This document shows, piece by piece, positions 21,911 to 32,006 of a stretch of 64,000 nucleotides of DNA. The stretch is from Candidatus Bathyarchaeota archaeon (GTDB taxonomy: Archaea > Thermoproteota > Bathyarchaeia > Bathyarchaeales > Bathycorpusculaceae): contig CAWDYC010000007.1 in the NCBI GenBank assembly GCA_963806535.1, positions 288,001 to 352,000 on the forward strand. The letters are read 5' to 3'. Both the position numbers and the translations under genes were made by a program. How positions within the stretch are numbered: position 1 is the first letter of the stretch; every line of letters starts with the position of its first letter. The notes beneath the pieces are model-generated. The model was not told the origin of the DNA. It ran no database searches and saw nothing but the letters and a program-made list of their open reading frames with translations.

Positions 21911-22053
21911 AACATTTTTGTTCTGATTTCTGTCGGCAATCTAGCTGAAGCCGTTAGATCGTCATTGCCAAGCAAGTTACATTTCGACGACTGAAAAAGA
22001 AAAGTTTAATCGAATCGTGAACAATAAAAGCCTAAGTTAATCAGGTGAATATT

Positions 22054-22206
22054 ATGGTTACTAAAAAATTGGAACTTGTGTTCATTGACAAGGAAGGAAA
22101 ATGTTATCCTTTAGACGAAGTTGATCGAGACGAATTGGCTCAAGGTTTAGAGAAAATCTCCAAAGAAGTCGCTAAGAGATTGCAATTGTTAAAAGAACAA
22201 AGATAG
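22054..22206 (+). CDS. 50-aa hypothetical protein (not in ORF track)
   Basis: GGTGA RBS, then MVTKKLELVFIDKEGKCYPLDEVDRDELAQGLEKISKEVAKRLQLLKEQR. Confidence 0.6.
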   Translation: MVTKKLELVFIDKEGKCYPLDEVDRDELAQGLEKISKEVAKRLQLLKEQR

Positions 22207-22290
22207 ACATATCATTACCAGAGCGTAAATTCCCGCGTGTTTTGAAGCTTAAAATATAACTTGACAATAAAAGATATTGGAGATTATTTT

Positions 22291-22599
22291 ATGGGTAGTT
22301 TTTCTGTATCTTTACCTGCAAATTGGGAAGAGTATTTGAAACAGTTAGCGGACGACCACGAAATTGACATTAGCAAAGTGATTAGTGGATTATGTGAATG
22401 GGCTTTTTCTGTCTCTGATAGCAAGAGGCAGTTTGAAGTTTGGTTAGATAAGGCTTATCCGCCAAAAGGTGAAGCTGAAGATAAAGCAGCGGCTGAAGGC
22501 GAAGAAGCAAGCGAGGCTGAAGAAGAAACCGAAGACGAAGAAGAAGAGGAAGTCCATGAGGACAGAGACTACACTGAAGACAGAGAAGTAAAGTCTTAA
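22291..22599 (+). CDS. Ribbon-helix-helix-like protein with acidic tail
   Basis: FSVSLP...LKQLA....ISKVI pattern; E/D-rich C-terminus. Confidence 0.55.
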   Translation: MGSFSVSLPANWEEYLKQLADDHEIDISKVISGLCEWAFSVSDSKRQFEVWLDKAYPPKGEAEDKAAAEGEEASEAEEETEDEEEEEVHEDRDYTEDREVKS

Positions 22600-22666
22600 C
22601 TGCAGTAATTTCAGTAACTACTTTTTTAAAAGAAAAATAAAACTGATAAGCTGAGGTGAAAACAGA

Positions 22667-22861
22667 ATGAGTGAAAAAGAAAATATTAAACCAGTTGAAC
22701 AAGAAACAAAGCAACCAACCTCGCACAAAAAAGAAGTAAAACGATACACTGGCGAGAACAAAAAAGAAAGTACGAAGCAAAATGAATCGCAAACAGGGCC
22801 ACATGCTCCTCGCGGAAAAAAACAAAGACGCAATTTCAAACTTTACCCCAACAGAGGGTAA
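22667..22861 (+). CDS. Small hydrophilic hypothetical protein
   Basis: GAGGTG RBS and ATG. Confidence 0.5.
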   Translation: MSEKENIKPVEQETKQPTSHKKEVKRYTGENKKESTKQNESQTGPHAPRGKKQRRNFKLYPNRG

Positions 22862-22992
22862 GACGGCCTTTGCCCTAATTCTATACTGAGGATTGAACTG
22901 TCTGTTTGCTGGAGACGCGAAATGAGTTGTTAGAACTATCGCTGAAATGGATATATAGCTATTTTGTCTTTTAGCTTGATAGGTGGAAAGCT

Positions 22993-23217
22993 ATGCCTAA
23001 ATGTCCAAATTGCACAGCCCATATGAAAGAACCTGATAAGGAATGGGATTTTGGGCGATTCCGAGTTAAGATGTATAAGTGTACTAAATGCGGAAATCAA
23101 TTTAGAGAATTTTTCAAAGAAAATACGTTGCAATTTGTTTTGAGCGCACACAACGGCGGTTTAGGAAAAACCAGGGTAAATAAAGAAACGTTGGACAGGC
23201 ATAAAAGCTATCAATAA
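22993..23217 (+). CDS. Zinc-ribbon protein (Cren7-like pattern)
   Basis: CPNC..MKEPDKEW...VKMYKCTKCGNQFR. Confidence 0.65.
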   Translation: MPKCPNCTAHMKEPDKEWDFGRFRVKMYKCTKCGNQFREFFKENTLQFVLSAHNGGLGKTRVNKETLDRHKSYQ

Positions 23218-23254
23218 CCGTTTCACTCTATAGCTTCTGCACTATACTCTTTGA

Positions 23255-23585
23255 TTAAATGGTTACAACTAGCAATATGTTTTTTAGTATTCGCAATGAG
23301 TCCGATAGTCCTCCGAGGATAACCAACAATCCACCGAGTCCACCGCCAATGATTCCGACGATTATGAGTACGATTGCCCAAACAAGAGTAGTCACGCTTT
23401 TTGCGCCAATTATTGCTATGATGCCGCAGATGATAGTAACAATTCCGAAGTAAGCAAAGCCAAATGATATAAATGATCCAATGATATGCGAAAGCATATC
23501 CGATGAGTGATAGCAACCCGAAGATTACTAGCAGTATTCCTCCTATAAGCGCTAAGTAGTATGCTATTCGTGAAATTTCTGACAT
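23255..23585 (-). CDS. Small Gly-rich membrane protein (frameshifted)
   Basis: Two overlapping hydrophobic ORFs; GGAGGTG RBS. Confidence 0.6.
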
Positions 23586-23797
23586 ATTCAAATTCACCTC
23601 CCAAATTACTAAACAGGGGCTTGAGATTTGTTTGAGTGCAGCACATTCCTAATTTTTAATGCAGAGCAGTTTTCAATTTAGTTTGGCTTAAGACGAGTTG
23701 TGCAAATCAATAGTTTCGTCGTCCGCATGTTTCCAAAAAAACTGAGCATCGAATTGTATGTCACTTGCTGAATTTTTTATTGCTATTTGGACTTATG

Positions 23798-23956
23798 TTA
23801 TATTCTTCGTCCAGAAATCAATCGCACAAGTATTATGATTATGGCTATGACAAGCAGAACCCATATTATGGTGCCAAGGTTGAATAAGACAAAGCCAAGG
23901 AGCCACAGTATGATAAGTATGGCAGCAACTACGAAAAGCACATCAAGCAATCCCAT
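23798..23956 (-). CDS. lmo0937/DUF5670-like small membrane protein (not in ORF track)
   Basis: MGLLDVLFVVAAILIILWLLGFVLFNLGTIIWVLLVIAIIIILVRLISGRRI; ILWLLG...LLVIAII..L.RLISGRR signature. Confidence 0.75.
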   Translation of the reverse strand: MGLLDVLFVVAAILIILWLLGFVLFNLGTIIWVLLVIAIIIILVRLISGRRI

Positions 23957-24004
23957 TTTCAAAGCCTCTACTCACCCTTAACTTGAAAGCTCTTCTTTAA
24001 CATG

Positions 24005-24028
24005 TGTGACTGTGAACAAACAGCTACA
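24005..24028 (-). promoter_or_regulatory. Palindromic box TGT-N3-TGT-N6-ACA-N3-ACA, copy 1
   Basis: TGT GAC TGT GAACAA ACA GCT ACA; next to TATA-like box of 23956 gene. Confidence 0.8.
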
Positions 24029-24182
24029 GCAATCAAGCAAATGGCGGTGCTGTTGGGGACAAGCCGAAGCAGAATTCGGGTTGGATATCCTGAAAAACGA
24101 TGATTCTAGATTTAATTATCTTTATATTCTTAAAATTTGTTCATATTCTAATTACCCAGTCACCAGACGAGGGGTTGTTCTC

Positions 24183-25097
24183 ATGAATCTTTCCACCCAC
24201 ATAATGTTTGGCATACTTGTTGGAGCCTTATTGTTTGGCAAACCAGAAATAGCGCTAATGGTTGGTGTGGGTGCGGCAATTAATGATCTAGACAGAGAAT
24301 ACGGCTTTTTTAGCAAGGAGTCCTTTCGACTCAGACAGATCCATCGTGCATTATTCCACAATTTCTTATTTATCGGCGTAGTGTATCTGATAAACCCGTT
24401 TTTTGGCATCGGAGCTTTTCTTCACTCATTCTTAGATTCTTTCACGACAACAAGGGACAGAGGTGTCGAATGGCTATACCCTTTTTCAAGAATTGTCACC
24501 AAAGCGGTGTATGATTCAGATGGCAAGAAATTGCCGCTTGATCCAAAACATAAGATCTATTTTCTTTCGAACGATTTTCCTGGCTTGACACGAAGAACTA
24601 CAAAAGACATCAAACCTGGAGAGATACCTGTGCCAAATAGAAGAACTTACGGCCCAGCTCTTATCAGGGAAATATCTTGACAGGTGTATCTTTTTTGGAT
24701 CCGTAGCTATTTTTCTTCTTTTGACTCTCTTTTCTGTTTCAGGCTTGCGGCAGTTCATTGATTTCAGTCTGCATAATGAAACTCTTTCTATTACAATTCC
24801 ATTGTTAATTGGCTTCAATAGGCATCTTCTTGAATTTTCTTGTGGGCGAACTTGACAGAAAGAAACTAGTTAAGACCAAGACCGATAGGCCATACAAGTT
24901 TTCATTTATCCTATCCATTGGAATAATAATCTTTGCGATAATTCTTGGTGGAATTCTTAATCCGAAAGCTGTATTCACCACGCTCAGCATGATGCCGTAC
25001 ATTGCTCCAGGTGTAGTTTTTGTTGCGTTAGGTCTATTGTTCTTTTATTCCAGGAGAATTTTCAGCAGACAGCAAAAAAGATCCACTTATTGTGTAA
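24183..25097 (+). CDS. YdjM-like membrane metal-dependent hydrolase (frameshifted)
   Basis: THIMFG, NDLD, HRALFHN, HSFLDSFT, GVEWLYPF. Confidence 0.75.
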
Positions 25098-25386
25098 TAA
25101 ATACGTATCTCCGAAGAACATTTAATGTTATGGATTGCGGAAAGCGCGAGATTAAAAAACCAAACAATAACGCACTGCGAAATTATCTTTTGCCAGGCTC
25201 TCTTGTCTGTAGGTTCACTAACAGATTAATTTGCACAATGATTTTGATCATCAGAAAGTCTCATTCACTATATCCTCTTTTAATTGGCATTCAAAGTTTC
25301 AAAAATTAGTCGAAATAGCCTAATATTAAACGTATGAAAAGAAATAACCGTGGGATTTGTTGAAAATGTTGGAAAGAAACATCCAA

Positions 25387-25677
25387 CTATGTCTTAACTG
25401 CTGGTGATAGGTACATGTGAAGCTTGTCTTTTGCAACTTTTAAGTGCAATCCATTGTCTGTCCAGACGCCAGTCCCTTTCTCTAAAGCTGAAACATTTAG
25501 CTTATTTCGCACTCCGCCTTTCTTTGCGCCAAGCACCGATTCAGCTACGTTCTTATCCAATTCGACTTCAAGATGAGTTACTTTCCATTCATCAGCATCT
25601 ACTTCTACCTCTTTGATTTTGCCGATTTTTTCATCTAACGCAAACACATCTTTATCTATAAACTCTTTACTTTTCAT
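25387..25677 (-). CDS. PRC-barrel domain protein
   Basis: IDKDVF..EKIGKIKEVEVD...WKVTHLEV. Confidence 0.8.
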   Translation of the reverse strand: MKSKEFIDKDVFALDEKIGKIKEVEVDADEWKVTHLEVELDKNVAESVLGAKKGGVRNKLNVSALEKGTGVWTDNGLHLKVAKDKLHMYLSPAVKT

Positions 25678-25748
25678 TCTTATCTAACCTCCCTTTACGC
25701 TCATAATTTTGTATACATTATATATGGTCATTGAGAGAGTTAAGCACA

Positions 25749-25772
25749 TGTGAATGTGAGCACACACCGACA
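25749..25772 (-). promoter_or_regulatory. Palindromic box, copy 2
   Basis: TGT GAA TGT GAGCAC ACA CCG ACA; TTAA 5 nt downstream in the sense of the PRC-barrel gene. Confidence 0.8.
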
Positions 25773-25855
25773 AACTGGCGGTTGCGTCTGCGCTAATCGG
25801 TCATATGCCATAAGAAATTTGGAACGCGAAACCGCACAAAAAATGAATTTTGAGG

Positions 25856-26642
25856 CTATTCTTCAGCTCTTTTCCAGTCCGATTCAAAACCTGTTCTGAG
25901 TACACCAATGAGGTTGCTGTTGTTTGTCCATAAAGAAGGGCTTTCGCCTAAGCCACTTTCCTTAGAGGTGGTAATCAATGCCTCTTTGTCATCAGACATT
26001 ATAAAGTGATTCAAAGGTTCAGGATGAAACTTGACATTGAACCGAAGTGCTACCCATCAGTTTTTTCACTTTTTCTTTAAGCAAATGGTCCGGGCTTTCT
26101 CCTTCAAAAATTATTCGAATCTGAGCGCTATTCTTTATCGCCAGTTTGTATTCGTCCGAAAATTGAAATAAAACGGGCATAATCCTTCCTTTGTCCGCAA
26201 TTAATGCAACTTCTTTTTTTGAGTTACTAATTAGATCTGCAGTTTTAGCAAAAATTGATTTCTTTTCCGCTATCAGTATGTAGATGCTTTCTTCTTTGGG
26301 AAGTTGTTGCTTCCAGTCTTTAAGCGTCAGTTTTTGAACTATACCTCTCATACCCACAAGCCGCTCATCAGATTTGCCTTTTTCTTCGGCTACTAAGAGG
26401 CTTAAAGCATCCGAAATGCGAGTGGCCCTAATTTCAGTTGGTTTGCCAAGCAATCTTTCAATCAGGCCCATTTTTTCAAGTGACGGCAGAATTCTGTAGA
26501 CATCTTCTCTGCGCACTTTCGAAAAGTTCGCTACCTGTCCCACGGTAGTTTTTTCCAGTTTAAGTATTGCTAAGTAAACCTTTGCCTGGTTAAGAGTCAA
26601 ACCCAAACCAAGCAGCAATTCAGTGTTTTCATCGTTAGACAT
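25856..26642 (-). CDS. TrmB-family transcriptional regulator (frameshift near 26040)
   Basis: LGLTLNQAKVYLAIL...VYRILPSLEKMGLIE..GKP wHTH; effector domain continues in another frame. Confidence 0.88.
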
Positions 26643-26762
26643 TGAAACCTTGAAGTATTCTTACACAATTTGTATATTTAAGATTTGATGGTCTTCTTTT
26701 GAAAATGTACGAAACTGTTTTTTGGAGTTATTTATGTTTAGGAAGTAACTTTGTTTTTGTTC

Positions 26763-27494
26763 TTAGTTCTGAAAAGTCGTCTCTAGTAATATTCTTTTCA
26801 GGATTGTGAAACCGTGACTTACTTTAAGTTTCTTTTCGCCTAACCTTGTCCTATAAGCAATTGGTACTTCCTTGATTGTGTAACCGCGCCGCTCAACCAA
26901 GTGGTTTAGCTCAACTTCGATGTCAAAGCCTTTAGATTTCACAAGCCACCCTTGCAAAATCTCAGCACGTATTGCCCGCAGCCCAGTCAACGGGTCCTGA
27001 AGCGGCACACCATTAAGCATGTTATGTACAAAAGCTAACATCTTGTTTCCAATGTGAAAAATGCTATGTAAAGCTTCCTTGTCAACTTGCCCGTTTAACC
27101 TGTTTCCACAAACCATTCCAACAAGCGGGTTTTCTTCGAGGACTTTTATCATTGCGGGGACGTATTCAGCAGGGTAAGTGTAGTCTGCATCAGTAAGAAT
27201 AATGTAATCCACATTTAGGTCGATGTGCTCAAGAGCTTTAGCTAAGGCGTCGCCCTTGCCAATGCCGTTTTGGCAAACAACTTTTGCTCCCAAGTTTTTG
27301 GCTATCTCAACTGTTCGGTCACTGCTTTTTCCGTCCACCACGAGAACCGGGATTTCACCAAGAGTGTCTTTCATCTCGGCTATTGTAAGCCCTATTCCTG
27401 GCGCTTCATTTAGTGCTGCAATTATTAGCTGCGCTGAGTAGCAGATTTCATTGTCTTGAACTAAAATAGTCAAATCCTTCATCGGTCCTTTCAT
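26763..27494 (-). CDS. Glycosyltransferase family 2
   Basis: AALNEA, VDGKSSDRT, DADYTYP, DPLTGLR. Confidence 0.9.
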   Translation of the reverse strand: MKGPMKDLTILVQDNEICYSAQLIIAALNEAPGIGLTIAEMKDTLGEIPVLVVDGKSSDRTVEIAKNLGAKVVCQNGIGKGDALAKALEHIDLNVDYIILTDADYTYPAEYVPAMIKVLEENPLVGMVCGNRLNGQVDKEALHSIFHIGNKMLAFVHNMLNGVPLQDPLTGLRAIRAEILQGWLVKSKGFDIEVELNHLVERRGYTIKEVPIAYRTRLGEKKLKVSHGFTILKRILLETTFQN

Positions 27495-27541
27495 GTGATT
27501 TTCAATATATCTTAAATACCACTATACACTACATAAGGCAC

Positions 27542-27558
27542 GTTTCCAAGAAGGAAAC
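27542..27558. promoter_or_regulatory. Inverted repeat GTTTCC-N5-GGAAAC upstream of the GT2 gene
   Basis: gtttccaagaaggaaac, upstream of the AT-rich promoter. Confidence 0.4.
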
Positions 27559-27688
27559 ATGTCAAAAACCGGAGTATCCGAAGACCTAAGGGGCAACGAC
27601 AAGAGAACGCAGGAATATTCATCATTTCCATTTGATTTTCTAAGAGAAAATTATCCTTCCAAAAAACTCTAAATTGACCGGTAATAAG

Positions 27689-28114
27689 TTATTTGGGAGG
27701 GTTGGGTGTGTTGGGAGTTGTAGCGTATCCAGTTGAAAAGGGCGATTGGAATTTGCCAATATTTTCTCTGATGATGCCATAGCCTTTTTCTGCAAGGTCA
27801 TTTGGCAAGTTATCCAAATCCAATTGCTCTCCTTCTTGCTGTTTACCTTGATTTTCCTCCCCATGCCTGAGCGTGAGTTTGATAGTTGAACGGACTATTC
27901 CTTTGTCCAACTTTACGTTCGATACATCTCTGTAACTGTAATCGGTGTAATCTTTCTTTAGACCAAGCGCGTGGGGATGCCGAAAAATTATCCGTTCATT
28001 AGTTATAATTACAGATTCAATGTTAATTCGAGGATGATAGATTTTTTCCTCAATGTACAGCTCAACTTTTTCGTTTGAGCCAAGTATGTTCTTTATGTCA
28101 TCTGGAGTTGCCAT
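27689..28114 (-). CDS. Bacterial PH-domain protein
   Basis: ESVIITNERIIF..PHALGLKKDYTDYSY.DV.NV. Confidence 0.8.
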   Translation of the reverse strand: MATPDDIKNILGSNEKVELYIEEKIYHPRINIESVIITNERIIFRHPHALGLKKDYTDYSYRDVSNVKLDKGIVRSTIKLTLRHGEENQGKQQEGEQLDLDNLPNDLAEKGYGIIRENIGKFQSPFSTGYATTPNTPNPPK

Positions 28115-28164
28115 TATTATCAACCAATTATACTTAATATATCGCTTGTTTGGATAAATAGCTG

Positions 28165-28188
28165 TGTGACTGTGGAGCCACATATACA
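28165..28188 (-). promoter_or_regulatory. Palindromic box, copy 3
   Basis: TGT GAC TGT GGAGCC ACA TAT ACA. Confidence 0.8.
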
Positions 28189-28276
28189 AAGAGAGGTAAT
28201 TCTTGCTTTGGAGCCTACTGAGACCCCAGAAACAACCGCAAAGTCGGAAATTGTTAGATAGAGGGGATATTTAATT

Positions 28277-28603
28277 TTATGCGAATACGAAGCCGATGAT
28301 TATACCTATTATGAATCCGATGCTTAGCGGTAGTATGCCAATGATGAGTGCTCCGTATTGATACACGATTGACCCGTATTGGGTGGCGTAATTTTTCAAC
28401 GTACTAAGGCTTAAGCCGAAAAAGCCAAAGTAGGCAACGACGAAGAGTACAATTGCCGCTATGATGGCAATCTTTAGGAACATATGGACCAAATATCCTA
28501 CTATCAATCCGACTACGAACATTATTACGATCAAAACAATAGGTGGCAAACCGCCTATGCTTCCAGAAGTAATAAAATGAAATACTTGATCTATCGCTCC
28601 CAT
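28277..28603 (-). CDS. Membrane protein, FUN14-like pattern
   Basis: GLIVGY...LKIAII ... LPLSIGFIIGIIIGF. Confidence 0.55.
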   Translation of the reverse strand: MGAIDQVFHFITSGSIGGLPPIVLIVIMFVVGLIVGYLVHMFLKIAIIAAIVLFVVAYFGFFGLSLSTLKNYATQYGSIVYQYGALIIGILPLSIGFIIGIIIGFVFA

Positions 28604-28654
28604 AATCTACAACTCCGCAATTAAGTAATTATTGTATTATTCCTTTTAAGCTTG

Positions 28655-28678
28655 TGTGTCAGGGAGGCTACATCAACA
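28655..28678 (-). promoter_or_regulatory. Palindromic box, copy 4 (one triplet degenerate)
   Basis: TGT GTC AGG GAGGCT ACA TCA ACA; flanks nearly identical to copy 5. Confidence 0.7.
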
Positions 28679-28858
28679 AATCGTCTGCTGGTATAATCAA
28701 ACACACTGTGGAAAAAACAGACCTTTGAGATTGCGAGAGAAAAATAGAATCTAAGCAACACAAATGATGCCAATAGTATAGAAATAAGATGACTCTTCTG
28801 TTTTAGCTTTCTCCGTTTGTGTGCATAGTGCTGGGTCAACCCAATGTATGATGTGATT

Positions 28859-29281
28859 TTAAATGTGGGGGAAGAATGTTCCAGGAACAACTATGCCAAA
28901 GAGGGCTCCGAATATTATGCTCACAACTACGAAGATTATCCATGCTAATATTGCTATCGCGATGGCTCCCAGCCAGCCAGTTTTGAAACTTGCTTTGTAA
29001 ACCCATATCCAAGTTATAAGCGCTAAAATTAATGCAATTATGTATGCTGTCGAGCCAATTAGCGATCCAAGTACGTAACCCACTATAATTAATGTAATGG
29101 CATAAACTATTGGACCGAACAGCGTAGCAATCATGGCTTCGCCAAACGTGGCTTTTCCGCCAGTAACTGCCTTGCCAGCCAACCACACAGGTATAGAAAC
29201 AATTATCCAAAGAATTATCAAGCCAATTATGGTTACAAGCAGACTTGCTAAAGTCATGTCTCCAAAAATAATATTGGTCAA
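28859..29281 (-). CDS. 4-TM membrane protein
   Basis: Hydrophobic ORF. Confidence 0.75.
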   Translation of the reverse strand: MTNIIFGDMTLASLLVTIIGLIILWIIVSIPVWLAGKAVTGGKATFGEAMIATLFGPIVYAITLIIVGYVLGSLIGSTAYIIALILALITWIWVYKASFKTGWLGAIAIAILAWIIFVVVSIIFGALFGIVVPGTFFPHI

Positions 29282-29330
29282 TAGTTACACCTGTTAAGTT
29301 ACTTAAGCGTGTAAATAACTATTAAACTTG

Positions 29331-29354
29331 TGTAGCTGTTGCCTCACATCAACA
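29331..29354 (-). promoter_or_regulatory. Palindromic box, copy 5
   Basis: TGT AGC TGT TGCCTC ACA TCA ACA. Confidence 0.8.
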
Positions 29355-29422
29355 AAGCGATACTTTGTTTGTTAATTTAGTTTAAGACTTTTCTAAAGTA
29401 AAAACCTCGGGTAACCCTCAGA

Positions 29423-29446
29423 TGTTGCTGTGACTTCACAATCACG
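29423..29446 (+). promoter_or_regulatory. Palindromic box, copy 6 (1 mismatch)
   Basis: TGT TGC TGT GACTTC ACA ATC ACG; TTAA 5 nt downstream. Confidence 0.75.
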
Positions 29447-29491
29447 CACACTTAATTTTGCCATAAACAACTTTTAGATAGGGGTGATAGA

Positions 29492-29629
29492 ATGTCTAAG
29501 ACGAAGAAAAAAGTTAAGAATGCTGCCGAAGAAACGGGAGAAGCAGTCGGCAAAGGTATTAAGAGAGGAGCTAAAGCCGTGGATGACTTTGGAAAGGGAA
29601 TAAAGAAAGAACTCAAGAAAAAAGAATAA
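29492..29629 (+). CDS. 45-aa LEA/CsbD-like hydrophilic protein (not in ORF track)
   Basis: GGGGTGA RBS, then MSKTKKKVKNAAEETGEAVGKGIKRGAKAVDDFGKGIKKELKKKE. Confidence 0.7.
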   Translation: MSKTKKKVKNAAEETGEAVGKGIKRGAKAVDDFGKGIKKELKKKE

Positions 29630-29793
29630 TGACGACAAATTTCCTTTCTCGAAACAAAAAAGAAAAGTACTTCTTACATTATCTAAAGTGAAGTCATAGA
29701 GTTCAAATTGATCTTGGAGGATAGGGCCGAGTTTCTAAATATTCTGGGGAAGAAAAAAACATTCAACATTACGCAGAGAACTTTTGGTTAGGG

Positions 29794-30750
29794 TTGAGAG
29801 TTTATCGTGGCTTCATCTCAAATTTACTTGACGTCAAGGCACCTATTTTTTGCGGACATAAAGTGACCTATAACTGTAATCTTCGCTGCAAGATGTGCCC
29901 GTTTTGGAAAAGAACCAGCCCAGATTCAAGTCTTGAACAGGAAAAAAGAATTCTGAAAAGGGTTTATGATTCAGGAGCTGTCGGAATCGCTTTTGAAGGC
30001 GGAGAACCGCTTCTGAGAAAGGATTTGGTCGAAATTCTTGCTTTTTCCCGTTCTCTGCCTTTGCATACGAGCCTCATAACTAACGGTACTCTGCTTGAGT
30101 CCAGAATTGACGAGATAGCACCGTACATTAACGGTGTGGTTTATGTTTCGTTGGATGGCTTAGAGAAAACTCATGATGCTATCAGAGGTGTTGGCGGAAG
30201 CTTTAGAAAAGCAGTAAGAGGAATAACTGCCGCAAAAGAAAAAGTTTCTGTAACCATCAATACGACGATAATGGCTGAGAATATTGATGAAACAGAAAGT
30301 TTAGTTAAGCTGGCAAAAGAGTTAGGAACAAAAATATCGGTAGCTGTGGCTCACGAATACTGCAACGTCAATGCATCTTCAGCTGCCACGGGCAAAACAT
30401 CGAAAATAGCCCACAGACTTATTGAAATGAAACAAGAAGGTTACCCTCTCGTCAATTCAATCGGTTACTTCAAAGTGATGGCTAAAGAGAAAAACTGGCA
30501 GTGCAAACCATGGGCGATGGTAAACATTGACCCTAACGGGAACGCAGTTTTGCCTTGCTATGTCCACAATGATTATGCAAGCAGCGTTTCCATCTTTGAA
30601 ACTGGCATTAAAACAGCCGTTTCTGGATTTGACTGGAAAAAAACTAGAAACTGCCAGAAATGTAGTCTTCACTGTTATGTTGAGCCTTCTTTGGCACTTT
30701 CAGGAGATCTTAAATCCTATATGCATTGGGCATTTCGTGTCAACATATAG
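29794..30750 (+). CDS. Radical SAM protein with SPASM/twitch domain (PTO1314-like)
   Basis: GHKVTYNCNLRCKMCPFW, GGEPLLR, C-terminal CQKCSLHCYVEP. Confidence 0.85.
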   Translation: MRVYRGFISNLLDVKAPIFCGHKVTYNCNLRCKMCPFWKRTSPDSSLEQEKRILKRVYDSGAVGIAFEGGEPLLRKDLVEILAFSRSLPLHTSLITNGTLLESRIDEIAPYINGVVYVSLDGLEKTHDAIRGVGGSFRKAVRGITAAKEKVSVTINTTIMAENIDETESLVKLAKELGTKISVAVAHEYCNVNASSAATGKTSKIAHRLIEMKQEGYPLVNSIGYFKVMAKEKNWQCKPWAMVNIDPNGNAVLPCYVHNDYASSVSIFETGIKTAVSGFDWKKTRNCQKCSLHCYVEPSLALSGDLKSYMHWAFRVNI

Positions 30751-30845
30751 TTCATCTATGAAAAATCAAGAAGCATACATCGTTTAAAGAAAATTAAGTT
30801 TAAAATAATGAAGAGAAGGAAAAAATTTAGCAGTTAAATGCTTGA

Positions 30846-31241
30846 TTATTTGGCTCTAACGATCTTTACTCTGCCCAGAATTTTCCAGTATTCGATTTCT
30901 GTGCCAGGAGTAAGTTTGGCTTTAGGAACTTCTTCCTCGTCAGGATATGGAGCATCAAGATACTCGTAAGTTTCCAAGTCCATGATTTGTATTCCGGTTG
31001 GATTGACAGCGAAAACTTGACCTGCTCTCTTGTCAATTATGGGTACTTCAGCGCCAAGATCAACTGGTTTAACGAATTGTCTCTTTTGTTTGTCAAAGAC
31101 ACCTATTGCAACGATTCTTGCTTTTGCTGATCCGTGTTTTCCAGGTTTTGACTTGGCAATGTCGACTATGCGGCATGGTTCGCCTTCAATCATCATGTAG
31201 CCGCCAACGCGTAATTCTCCGACATCGACTGGTTTACTCAT
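30846..31241 (-). CDS. eif5a: Translation factor aIF5A
   Basis: SKPGKHGSAKAR hypusine motif. Confidence 0.98.
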   Translation of the reverse strand: MSKPVDVGELRVGGYMMIEGEPCRIVDIAKSKPGKHGSAKARIVAIGVFDKQKRQFVKPVDLGAEVPIIDKRAGQVFAVNPTGIQIMDLETYEYLDAPYPDEEEVPKAKLTPGTEIEYWKILGRVKIVRAK

Positions 31242-31443
31242 ACACTCACCAACAGTACTATTTCTAATCCAAACATTCTGAATAACAGCCATATATAGAT
31301 ATTTATTAATTTTTCAATGACGAAAGTAAATTTTTTAGAATTTCCATATCATTTTTGCTTCTAAAAGGATTATGCGTTCATGACTTTTCGAAATGTGGGT
31401 TGAGGTTACGAGTTAGCCATAGAAACTGAGAAATTAATGACAA

Positions 31444-32006
31444 TCAAGTTTTTAACCAGATAGGTTTTCCACCGACTATTTCCCTAAGTTGTGGTTCAGG
31501 ACATTGCAGACCCAAAGCTGTGAATACGCTTTCTTCTGTCTCGCCAGCCACTGCAACTTCATCTTTCAATAGTCCTTCGCTGTACTTTAGCCTAAAACCT
31601 TTTGATATGAGCATAGCCTGCAAGCCACATGTTGTGGTCTGCCGAACCCGTACGAATAAGCTCTTGAATGCCAAATGTTTGCTCAGTTGCACGATAAAAG
31701 TCAACTTGAAAAAGGATGTTTTCACAAGGATAATTTATTTTTATCACGCTTTTGCCTGCACAAATTACTTTGGCTTTTTTTAGGGCTTGAACAATTTTGC
31801 CCCAGCAACTATCAGTCGCAACCACAACAAAATCTACATCGCCGACAGTCGGCTTCTGCCTTCTGATTGAGCCAACTACCTCAAGTTTATCGCATAATGG
31901 TTTGATGATTAGTTTCAACTTGTTTAGCAAGAATCTGTGCCTTTGCTAACTCAAGCCTCGGTGAAACATCTGGCTCTTCCTCGCCGAACAGTTTAACCTG
32001 CTTCAT
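31444..32006 (-). CDS. Minimal DNA polymerase X (palm+thumb only; two frameshifts)
   Basis: VVGSIRRQKPTVGDVDFVV, QVDFY, RTGSADHN, EESVFTALGL..PEPQLRE. Confidence 0.75.

Noticed and set aside
23629-23650. Possible eighth palindromic box upstream of the 23585 gene
   Set aside because: Central spacing is 5 rather than 6 nt and two triplets mismatch
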